A DNA stretch of 64,000 nt from Sphyrna mokarran (taxonomy: Eukaryota). Below the pieces are notes generated by a model, which saw nothing but the letters and a program-made list of their open reading frames with translations, was not told where the DNA came from and did not search any database. Position numbers and translations under genes: made by a program. Of this stretch, positions 51,234 through 62,330 are shown piece by piece. The stretch's first letter is position 1, and every line of letters begins with the position of its first letter. The stretch lies in NCBI GenBank assembly GCA_024679065.1, contig JAGIQG010000020.1:8680001-8744000 (forward strand), in the 5' to 3' direction.

Positions 51234-51239
51234 TTTATT
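51234..51239 (-). terminator. Candidate IgL polyadenylation signal AATAAA
   Basis: TTTATT on the + strand ~190 nt beyond the C-exon stop. Confidence 0.65.
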
Positions 51240-51430
51240 ACACAGTAGTGTCAATGACATTACACGGAATCTTTGATTCAGGATGAACACAGTTAAATTG
51301 AAACTAAGTGAATCAACTGATCTGCTACAAACTGTAATGAACGGTTTGAAATGTTCCACTATTTGCCGATTTTTTTTTTCAAATGACACTTTACTAATGG
51401 CAGAATACAAAAATGCATTAAATGCATGAA

Positions 51431-51753
51431 TCAGATACATTTGGATCTGGAGACGGTTGTTTGAAGCGGGTTTGCTAGAGCCTCGTGTTTGACCAGACAG
51501 GAGTAAAGCTCGTGTGAGTTCCACTCTGAGGCTGACAGAGTCAGATAACTGCTCACACTGAACGTGTTGTCCGCGTCCTGCTGGATCCGACTGGTCACAA
51601 CCCCATTCCCTCTGACGCTGCCATCTACAGTCCATTCAATCTCCGCAGCTCCGGGGTTAAAACCGCTCACCAAACACACCAAGGTCGCCATGTTCTTCGC
51701 TTTGATTTGATCCGATGAAGGCGGAAGGAGAGACACAGTGGGGCTCCGTGGAC
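51431..51753 (-). CDS. Ig light chain constant exon, lambda (type II/NS3-like)
   Basis: tttccag|GT CCA; SPRSPTVSLLPPSSDQIKAKNMATLVCLVSGFNPGAAEIEW...YSCLVKH...SRSKCI*; C1-set Cys/Trp/Cys plus the penultimate inter-chain Cys. Confidence 0.95.
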
Positions 51754-53249
51754 CTGGAAAGTAGAGACAAATGATTGCACATCCATTAAAAATCCGCAAA
51801 AATCACTGAGTCGTTGTTTCACCTTCTTCAAATTGTTTCCTCAAAATCGGTATTATTCTACAAGAATGTATAAATTTTATATTGTGGAGTCTTATTGATG
51901 CGAAATGCAAAAAGGCCGGGACTCTGGGTTCTAGAATATATATAACGTGAAAAGGTCTTCCTTTTTTACCCTGAACGGACAGGAATATGCAAAATAAAAT
52001 CTGATCTGAAGGAAATAGTGGAGTTGTAAGTATTAAAGAGAAAAATAAGACGCGAGGATTTTGCATCCACACGTGAATTGAGGCAACGCAGTCCAAGCCA
52101 GCGTCTCAACTACCGACAATTTCAGAATAACGCTAATCACTCAGAATTTGGGGTCAATATTGGAACTTACACTGGATTGATATTTGGGTTTGTGAACTTT
52201 CTTTGCCGCCACTTTACACCGTGTCCCGCCCAGACCATCAGTGACGATGTAGGGTACATCTTAACAAATAACTCCCATGTCGCAGTGGAAATGTTTGGAG
52301 GCATTCTTTCGGAGTGGAGTGTCACAAACGATTTGTTACAGCTATGAGGAGGAGTTTCTAACAAACATTGTAAACAATTCTAATATATAGCAACATAACA
52401 TAATGATACTCCCAAATAAACCAAACATGTCCTCATAATTATTTATCTCTCCGACCTACTCGCCAAAGCAATTGAACTGTGAGATGTTATTGTGCTTAGA
52501 TAGGGAGCCATGATTCTGAGATTTGAAGAATGATTTTATTTCGCAAACACTTAATTGTTAGAATGTTCTGAGATCGTGGTCGGCGCTAAATCAACGCAAG
52601 TTTGCATTTTCTTTCCTTTGTCATTAGTCGATATTCGCAAAGCTGAAAGGGCATTCTAACAGAATCTTGTCTCATTAAGTGACCATTTACCGCTTAAGTT
52701 ACCATCTATCACAGTCAATGGGGAAACGCTGAGTAAATACGTTAAGATATTGTAAGGCATCGAAGAAAGGGTTCAGGTATGAATATTCATTTCAAATTAA
52801 AAGGATAAGACTAACCTTTTACAATTCGCCCTGACATTGAAGTATTATGTCGGCTACAACAACAGTATGAGTTTTGTCGCTGAAGGTGTAAAAATCGATT
52901 GTCCTTGGAGCTAGAAATTCGCGTTTTCTTTTTGGGAATGTAATTTGGATGTTGAAGCTGAGTCGGCAGACAAATGCCGGCAACTCTTACTTCAATGTTG
53001 GTATCGTTTTCCTGCGCCCCCGAGAGTTTCGCTGGATAATCTCAAATGTCTGCACCAATGAATTAGATTGAAGCTCAACTTCTATTTAAACGGCAGCGAA
53101 GTTAAGTGAATTATTGGTATACCGGCATTTTCATCAGATATGATTTCTTAAAGTAAAACTAAAATATTCAAGAGCAATTTTTCCCTTTTTGCCTCATGCT
53201 GGTCCATTTCACTGTAACATAGTCCAATAAACAAATGACTTGAAGAAGC

Positions 53250-54470
53250 AAATAATGAAAAAGGTAAAGTAAGATTGAGAAGGGAAGAGACCCTGACCAC
53301 AGATTTCCAATCGTGCCTGGAGCAGGCTTGGTTCTCGGAAATAGGAAGACAGATGAAATTGTCAAAGGGCGAAAGACTGGTAGCGTAATCATAGACCAGT
53401 GAACCTAATCTCACTAAAGGGAGAACAAATGGAATAAAAGCGGCATAATCAAATATAGCGATCATGACTTTGCTGGCAGAAAATCTTACCCCACAGCGCG
53501 AATTGGTATTTTTGAGCAGGGAGCATGAGCGACAATATTGTTGGTATAGTCTCCATGGATTTTAGCAAGGCTCTTGTTAAGTTCGCATATAGGATGAGCA
53601 GGTTGGATCCGAAATTGGCTCAGTGGCAGGAAACAAATTGTCCATATATCAATGAGTGCCTCTATGATTGTTGTTAGATGATAGAAATTTGGCGGTGCGG
53701 TTGCGAACAAGAAAGCTGGATAATACAGGAAGGCAACAATGGACTAGTCTGATAAATGCAACAGCGGCAAATGGGATTCAGTGAGGAAAAATGTGGGAAA
53801 CTGCATTTCAGGAAGACCAACAAGACAAGCGAGTACAATGCATAAATGGGAAAATGCCGAGAAATGCACAGCAACTGATTGAACAGAAAACGCATGTCCA
53901 CGGGTGTTGAAGGCGCCTGAGCAAGTGGATATGGCAGCAAAGGAGGCATAAGAGGCTTTTACAATCAGAAGCTGAGGTAGAGATTGTTAGAACTCGGAAG
54001 TTATTGCTGAAACTGCGAAAGATGCCTAGGAAAAATATAATTGTACGGGAGCGAGTACAGGGAGATCTCGAGTGACGTCGGCCGAAATGGAATATTTAGT
54101 TATTAGTAGTATTGAACTGTGCCTTTCTTTAGAACAGACGAGGCTGAAGGGAAATCTAGTTGAAGGCAAAATATTCTGAGGTGTGTGGGCAGAATGGATC
54201 GGAAAACAGTATTGCAAATGGTTGGGAGTTCGATAAGAAATGGACTTTGTCGTTAGAAATAGAAGGTTTAGCGGAGATTGGAAGGGAATAGTTTCACCCA
54301 GAGGATTTAGGGGATATGGAAACTACTGCCGGAAAAGCTGTTAGTGACAAATTAATGGCCACTTAAACGAACATACAATGTGTAAACTAAAGGCTAATGA
54401 ATAAATGTTGGATTGTTACTTGTGAACCAGTGCAGACACGATTGGCCAAGTAGATAGTAACAATGATGCA
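53250..54470 (+). mobile_element. Highly decayed CR1 in the IgL J-C intron
   Basis: Remnants of MDFSKA, KCGKLHFRK and RLKGNLVE motifs. Confidence 0.6.
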
Positions 54471-55943
54471 AAGATATACCATTCAATGATTCTGCGAATA
54501 TATTATATTGATTTCCTTCCTCACTGACGCATAGGAGCTACAGTGTGGATATCTATAAGGTAAATTGCTGGAACTCCGACAAGAGCTTCCAAAGCAGCCA
54601 TGTCTTCCACTGGAGGAACACATGGGCAGCAGATGCACGGCAGAATCACCAGTTGGTAAATCCCCCTCAAGTCATATAGCATACCAAAATAGAACTGCAC
54701 CATCTTTTCTTCACTGTCGCCTAGCCAAAATCTCTTAACTCCCCCCCCTAACAGTTCTGCAGTGTATCTATGATACATGGACAACATCAGTTTGAGAATG
54801 CGGCTTCACCATCTCTTTATCCGTGGATATTAGGCGTGGGGAGTGCAATGAATGTTACCTTTCTGATCAGGTTCCACGAATCAGTAATATTGGCAATAAT
54901 TCCATGCTTTGTTCTATTACTACGAACAGACAATCATAGAACCAGCAACAATCTGAACGAGTCCACAACAATACTCAAAAAACTGACAACCTATTCCGAA
55001 ATATTCCAAAACAACTGATTGGATGGAAAGAAAATGAACTGTAATTTCCGAAGAAAGCAAATATTCCACGTATCACTGATGCTTGTGTCTATGCGATCCA
55101 GAAACAATCAGGGTCTATTACTACTGGCGGAATTCCCGCAACAGTTTGGTTATTCTGGACACCCGGGATTAATGCGAAATATTAGGCTGAGAATCTTGTA
55201 CTGAATGTTTTTCAGTGAGTTTGGGGACTAGTGGGAATGAGTTGCCCCCAGTCACCACACTATCATTCCGCAGACTCAATGCAATCTTGTTTTTAATGGA
55301 AACAGCCTGATTTGAATGCAATTCTAACCTTTTAAACCAGATTATAGGGACAGCGAGTGAAAGAGCCTGAATCACTGTGTCCCTTCTTACAATCATGGAA
55401 TTATAGAGCACACTAGGGGGTTGAGAATACCTTGTAAAAACTTCCCTATTTAGCTCATTTCCATGCCTTTTTTCCACTTTTAAAATGTTTATCGTCTTGC
55501 TAATTATAATTCCGCTCGCAGTGTTCATACAGCAAGGGTACTCCACTCCTAACACTGGCTAAGCGAAGGAAAACACCCCATCTTTTTAACAGTCGCATTC
55601 AAATCATTTCCTCGCATTGCCGGCTGGATCAGATGGCTCAAAATTCTGGAAAGTTCTAGCAGATCAGACCGTAAGCTTCCAGTGAAATGAGCTTCACTCG
55701 TAATTAAAATGTTCCTTTGCTCTATCGCATAACTGCACACACTCCAGAAAACCGCCGAAGTTCTGAGCCCCGTTATCTCCGCAATATCATTTGCTGCTGA
55801 ACCAAAGATCTCTCATAAAAAATATTTTAGGAGAAATCATTTTGATTTGCACTAATTCAGTCCACTTATCCCACAGTTTCAAGTACATTTTATAATTTAG
55901 AAAGCGTCAGAAATGTTAGAGGGGAGTTAAGTGATTTACTTAC

Positions 55944-56288
55944 TGCCCAGATTCAACTTAGTTCCTCTCCCAAAGATGAATCTATATGGACTGCTAAGCC
56001 AAGCACCACAGTGATAATCTGCAGCGTCCTCCGATTGCACGTTGGTGATGGTTAAATGCATCTTGTTACTCGATGAGTCCACAGACCCGGCGAATCGATT
56101 TGGAATACCCGAAGCCATACCAGAGAACTGGGACCAAATAAGCACAGGGACGCTGCCGGGTTTCTGCCAGTACCAGCTCGGGTAGCTGCCAATGCTGCCC
56201 CCGGACATGGTGCAAGTGATGGTGACGGTCTTTCCCGGTGAGGACGAAATGGATCCTGGTTGGGTCAGGACAGGATCTGCAATTGCAC
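55944..56288 (-). CDS. Ig light chain pre-joined VJ exon, lambda (type II/NS3-like)
   Basis: cag|GT...GGC A|gtaagt; DPVLTQPGSISSSPGKTVTITCTMSGGSIGSYPSWYWQKPG...EDAADYHCGAWLSSPYRFIFGRGTKLNLG; V runs into FGxG in frame with no RSS. Confidence 0.95.
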
Positions 56289-56427
56289 CTGGTGAAATGC
56301 AAAGTATTGTCAGTCACACACTGTGAGATGTTGAATATAGCTTACAATTCATGTTCGTTAAAACACAAGCGCAAAAGCAGATAATGTGAAAAAATGAGCG
56401 TTACTTCAGGTTGACGCCCGTACTTAC

Positions 56428-56476
56428 TGTGGAAACAGAGTAGCAGGGCGGCGAGAACTCCAGTCGGTTGTGTCAT
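56428..56476 (-). CDS. Ig light chain leader exon
   Basis: caccATG; MTQPTGVLAALLLCFH + A|gtaagt; phase 1 joins the VJ exon; spliced CDS is 717 nt (238 aa). Confidence 0.92.
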
Positions 56477-56597
56477 GGTGAAGGCTTGGGGAGAGGTAGA
56501 AGGCAAATAAATCCTGACACGAACGCGCTTCTGAGTCCATTCCAATCTCTCCTTAAAAAGACTCAAACATCGCAGGGCAAATGAATATTAATTACGT

Positions 56598-56605
56598 ATG
56601 CAAAT
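56598..56605 (-). promoter_or_regulatory. Ig promoter octamer ATTTGCAT (light-chain orientation)
   Basis: Perfect ATGCAAAT on + strand, ~120 bp upstream of the leader ATG. Confidence 0.85.
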
Positions 56606-56989
56606 TTCCTGCCGCATGATATTAGGTGGAAGATCTCCTTTTCAGTATTGTCTGATATTTGCAGAATGAGCACGTCAGCCATTTTGGAAAAGAAGAAATA
56701 TAAATCTCCCAAGCTACAGAATAGCACGAAAAATGGCTTAATACCCAATCACCACCTCTCCCCCCCCCCCAAAAAAAGACAAACGATGCGGAGAAACATA
56801 AAATAGATTAAATTGATCGTGGCTTGATCTCTAGAAGCCTGCAGATTACAATAAATAACTGTTGCGGGCAGTAAGCTGTTTAATAGGCGTAACGTCCTTG
56901 GTGAATAAATTAGGGACGAAAAGTGTGAGTTGAGATTTTATGTGCCCACAGAGAGGCGTAAGGCCGCAGTCATAATGGTTTTCCGCGTT

Positions 56990-57210
56990 TGATGGATAGA
57001 TAGATAGATAGACAGACAGACTGATAGACAAAAAATAGATAGATCGACAGACAGACAGATAATAGAAAGATAGATAGATAGTTGGATGGATAGATAGGCA
57101 GACAGATAGATACGTAGATAGATGGACAGACAGACAGATGGATAGAGATAGATAGTCTGATAGATAGATAGATAGATAGATAACTATCTGAAGTGAATGA
57201 ATGATAGACA
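56990..57210. repeat. Compound (GATA)n/(GACA)n microsatellite
   Basis: Directly visible tetranucleotide array. Confidence 0.95.
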
Positions 57211-59039
57211 ATCCTCGAGGAACATTTTATTACCTACCTGGAATGTGATTGAGGTGCCAAAACTTTCCACTGAGCTTTATTCAAGTGTTGTAAAGCCACG
57301 GCATTCGCAGTGAGTTGAGCCTTGCAAAATGAAATGTTCTTGGAAACAAAGCTTTCGCATGAGTTTCGTTGTTTGATTTGAAGTGTACATTTGCTGTCAT
57401 AGGAAACAATGAGTTTGAAAATGTCAATGCATTTGCGGAATCGGAATGAGCTGAAAGTAGCAGATTTTAAAATCAGGTTTCTGATGACTGGTGACCCTCC
57501 CCCAGCACTAACCTCACCTCCCGCCGCAGGGCAGTATTACAGAAGCCATCGTACAATGTTTTATTGCTCTCTTATTTGAAAAGTTAAACAAAACCAAGCA
57601 AGCCCTTTGAATGTTGATAATGTTTAAGATGTGCGGATTAGCTTGATTGGCCATGCTAAGAAATTGCCGTTTAGTATCCAAGGATGCGTAGGTTAGAGGG
57701 ATTAATGGGTATAATATGTAAGGATATGGAGTAGGGCTTGCGTGGGATTGTGCTTGGTGCAGACTCGATGGGCCAAAGGGCCTCTATATGCACTATTGTC
57801 TTCTATGATTCTATGATTCTGTGAACATCAGCTTGTCACAAACCTTCACCCCATGTGTTCTTGAACCATTGGGAGAAGTAACATTTTGGTTATGCAGCTA
57901 AGGCGTACATAGGAGAACGAGAAAAAATGAATTAATTATTTCTCCTGGAGAACTGCCGATCGCAGATGCAGTTGCGTCAATATAAAAATTCGAGAAGGTT
58001 GATCGCAGAGAGAGGGCAATCAGCCCATGGCATCCATGTCGGATCTATAAAGGGGTGATAGAACTGGAATTTCTTTTTTGATCTTACTCCAGTTTTCGAG
58101 ATACTTTTCATCTTTTTGACAGGGTTTGTTAAATCCTCTGCCATTAGCCCTTGATCCAGTAGTCTCCAGCTCACTAAGAGTCGGAACTTATTTACCAACC
58201 ACCAGCCCTCTTCTATTCCTGTTCCTGTTCACAGATTATTTCAATTTTTTGCTTTCTGGTGATCAAAGTTCCCGACATTTGAATCAGTTCCTACTTTCTT
58301 TATCCAACACTTTTATAAACATCTTTATCGAATCTACTGCGCGGTTCTAAGGAAAACAACTCTAACGTTTCTGGTCTTTACTTCCAACTGAGGACTTTTA
58401 TCGCTGGAAACATGCAAATACACCTTGCTACACATTCTCCAACGCCTTGAAATACTTTCGAAGAATATCGTCAAGAACTGGATTAACGCTCTAGCTGGGG
58501 TCTAACAAAACTAAAAGGGTTAACAAATTTGCTTGCGTTTGGACTCGGTTGTTGGAATTTTTACTGACTCCTGCGTCGACAGAATGAAGGGTCGGGAAGG
58601 AATATTAAAATTTTACCATCAGTGGGAAAACTTCCAAGCAGCAGTCAGATAGAGGGATTAGGATCAGATAATTAAAGTTGTTAGGTTGAAAGAGATCGCA
58701 GGGTATTTACTGAAAGGATCTGTCTCAGATCCACGTCATGCAGTGCAGTCAGTACACGGGGAGTGAGAGGTTTAAGGCCTTGCCTGTGGGTGGAACGCAC
58801 AGAGTTGACATCTGCAGTGTGGAGAGAGGGAGAGAAACGGATACTAGTTCAGTTTAATGAAACAAGACAGTAGGAGCAAGAGAAGAACCACCCTCATTGC
58901 GTAAACGATTCGCATGGGGCCAGGAATGCAGGTTAGAGTTGACTGAAGACAGTATGCAGCTGAAATAACAGACAGAAAGCGGACCTCCTTCATGGAGATG
59001 TTGAAGTCCCAGCATCTCCAATGATTGCGTTCGACTGGA

Positions 59040-60700
59040 AGCAAAAGAGTAAAACTTTGCGATTAGTGGCAGAGCAGATGATTGGGAAGAATATAAAAAC
59101 CGACAAGGGTTGACAAATAAAATAACGACAAAAAAGAATTAAGAGTAAGAGTGAATGTTAGCTGGATATATTAAAAGAATGCAAGAATTTCTACGTGCTT
59201 TTAAAACAGAAAATGCTCACTAAAATAAGTGTGGTTACTCTGGAGAAGGAACGTCGAAAATTCATTATACGAAACGAGGAAATGGCGGAAGAATTGATAT
59301 ATTTTCTCTGCCTCCCTGTAGAATACTAAATAATGTCCCAGAAGTACTTGCAGGTGAAGAGGGAGGAACTGGCAGGGAGAAGGGAGCGAGGAACATCAAG
59401 CAATTACAACCACCAGGTCAAAGCTACTGAGAAAGCGGTCAGAACTAAAGGCTGCCAAGTCGTTAGGACACGATGGAGCTGGGTAAGATACTCTTAGGGA
59501 GAGTGGGTGCAGACGCGAAGGGCCGATTGGCCTTCTTCTGCATTGTAGTGATTTTATAATTCTATGAGATCTGGAAATAGCATATCTAACTCCTCTATTG
59601 AAGAAAGGAAAGAAATTGAAAACATGTAACTACACGCCAATTAACCTAACGTCTGTCAAAAGTTAAATGCTCAAATTAGAAGGTTATCAAATAGCACTTG
59701 CTATTATGTGGAGCCAACATCGTTTTGTATAAATGAAACCATAATGTTCTAATTTCTTAGACTTACTGGAGCAACTTATTTGTAACGTGAATAAAGAGGA
59801 ACCTGTAGACTTGGATTTCCAAAACGCATTTAATAAGAAACAATATTCATCACGAATCGAGGACGGGTTGCCTTACAGAAACAGAGAGGTGGGGTAACTG
59901 AGCCTTTTTTTGTGAGGGGTAACGAGGCAAACTGTAGCCGGCGGTGTATCACAGGATTACATCTGGAGCCTCAACTATTATCAATTTCTAGAAATGACAT
60001 GGATGATGGGATGGATTGATTGCAACTTTTTCTTCCGATTTTAATACAGGAGGAAAAGTAAATTGTGAGGTTGGCATAAATAGTATACAAAGGGATTTAA
60101 ATAGGCTACGTGAGTGGTAGAAAGGAGCAGGTGGAGTACGATGTGGTGAAATGCGAAATTCCTGCCATTCTTTCTTGGCAGGAAGAATGGAAAGCAGCAA
60201 ATTATTCACACGAAGGTGAGAGTGCAGAGATCTGCAACAGTTGGGGATCTGAGTACCCTGGAACGTGATTCATAAAACTTTAGCATGAAGCTGTAAGTGA
60301 CTAGGAAAGCAAATGCAATGTTGTCACCTATTGTAAGTGGGAGGGGATATGGAAGTAGGGAAGATTCGCCTTGTGGAGGGCACATCTAAAGTACTTTCCT
60401 GTTGGCCTGCGTGCCTCAGAACGGATGCAATAGCACTAGCAACAGTTCGGAGAAAGGTGCCCTCGTCAAATGAAAGGGATATCATATAGGGAATGGTTGG
60501 ACAGTTGGGACCTGTATCCATTAGAGTTTAGAAGAATTAGAGGTGATCCTGCTGAAATAACTACGATCCTGAGGGGAGTTGAGATGGTGAATGCTGAGGA
60601 AGTACTTCCCCTCTAATGAGACTAGATGGAGGGGAATGAATTAAAATAGAAAGTTTTCCAATTTAGATGGAGATGAGGAAAATTTCATTTTCTGTCTGCA
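59040..60700 (+). mobile_element. Highly decayed CR1 ORF2
   Basis: Remnants of NYTPINLTS, LDFQNAF and RIRGD motifs. Confidence 0.6.
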
Positions 60701-60714
60701 GAACTCTGTTTACC

Positions 60715-62330
60715 AGGAATATCGCATCGTGAATGGATGGATAATTAAGCAACTCACTGGAGAAGACATCACAAATGTCCCCATCCTCAATGAACATGAA
60801 AAAGGTAAGGCTAAAGCCTTCGCAACAATCTTTAGTCATATGTGTGAAGTGAATGATCCATCTTGGTCTTCTAAAGAAATGGTCAACATCGCGGAGATCA
60901 AGTTTCAGCCAATTCAATTCGCTCCACTTGATACCAAGAAATGTCCGAACGTGTTGGAAACTGCAAAGGCTCTGGGCCTTACCAATATTTTGTCGACAGT
61001 CCTGAAGACTTGTGCTCCAGACCATGCGGTCCTGCCAGTCAAGTTGTTTCAGTACATCTACAGCACTGGCATATACCCGTCAATGCAGAAAATTGCCTAG
61101 TTATGCAAAAAGGAGGGCAACTCCAACTTTATTCATCAGCCATCAGGCCATTCCAGATCATCAGCAAGTTGATGGAACGGGTCATTAACAGCCCAACCAA
61201 ACGGCAGGAACTTAGTAGGAACCTACTCACTGACACATAGTTTGGATTCCGCTAGTCACTCAGCGCCTGACTTCATTACAGCCTTGGGTCAAACATGGAC
61301 AAGAGTAATTGAATATCAGATGTGAACTGACTGCCTCTGACGCCAAGGAAGCACGTATGGAATTAAGGAGCTCGAGCAATAATGGAGTCAATTAGATTCA
61401 GAGGGAAAATTCTACGCTGGCTGGAGTCATACCTGGCACAGATGAAGAGTCTTGCTGTGGTTGGAGTTCAATCCTCTAATTTGCACACTTCTCTGTAGGA
61501 GTTTCTCAGGATGGTATCCTAGGCTCAACCATCTTCAGCTGCTCTATCAATAACGTTCCTCGCATCATAATGTCAGCAATGTGGATGACCGCATAGTGTA
61601 CACTACCATTCCCGCATCCTCAGAGAATGAAGCCATCCATGTCCAAATGCAGCACAACGTCCAAGCTTGGGTTGACAAGTGGGAAGTGTCCTTCGTGACA
61701 AAGTAGTGCCAGGAAATGACCATCTCCAACAACTAATCATTGTCTCTTGACATTCAACGGTCTTGCCGTCACTGTCGACATCCTAAGGGCGACCATTGAC
61801 CAGAGACTGAACTAATCTTGACATTTAAATCTGGTGGCTACAAGAGCAGGTCAGAAGGAATGAATCCTATGGCAAGTGCCTCACTTCCTTATTCCCTGTC
61901 CGCCATCTGCGAGGCAGAATTCAGAAGTGCGATGGAACATTTGCACTAGCCAGGAGAATGCAGCTTCTATGACTTTCAAGAAGCTCACGCCATCCAGGAT
62001 AAAACGTGACTGGCACATCTTCCACAAACTGCCTCCGTTACGATGAACAGTGGCAGTAGAGGTTACCAACTGGACGATGCATTGCAAAAACGCATCCAAT
62101 ATCTATAGGCAACATCTTGCAAAATCACATTTCTACGGTCCAGAAGGACATGTGAACACTCAGCGCTCTCCTCCAAGTCATTCGCAATCTGACCTGGGGA
62201 TATATTGCTTACTTAGGCCATAAGGACTGCGCTGATTCTACAAAGCAGTTCACCACCATCATCGTGAGGACATTTAGCGGTGAGGAATAAATGATGGTCT
62301 AGCCAGCGATGCTTACACCCCATTAAAAAG
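60715..62330 (+). mobile_element. Decayed non-LTR retrotransposon of a second CR1-group family (other fragments at ~29010-29560 and ~35620-36210)
   Basis: LKTCAP..A..V.KLFQY.YSTGIYP, QFGFR-like, GVSQ.GILG, and YKAQ.RSVMEY-type C-terminus. Confidence 0.7.

Noticed and set aside
41820-51753. Possible large inverted duplication (LINE plus C exon on both strands)
   Set aside because: The LINE is upstream of the pseudo-C but downstream of the intact C, and the flanks do not match, so these are independent insertions
56319-56325. CACAGTG heptamer in the leader intron (another in the C exon near 51734)
   Set aside because: No nonamer at 12- or 23-bp spacing and not at a coding-segment end
56846-57211. 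121-aa ORF rich in SIYL
   Set aside because: Translation of the GATA microsatellite
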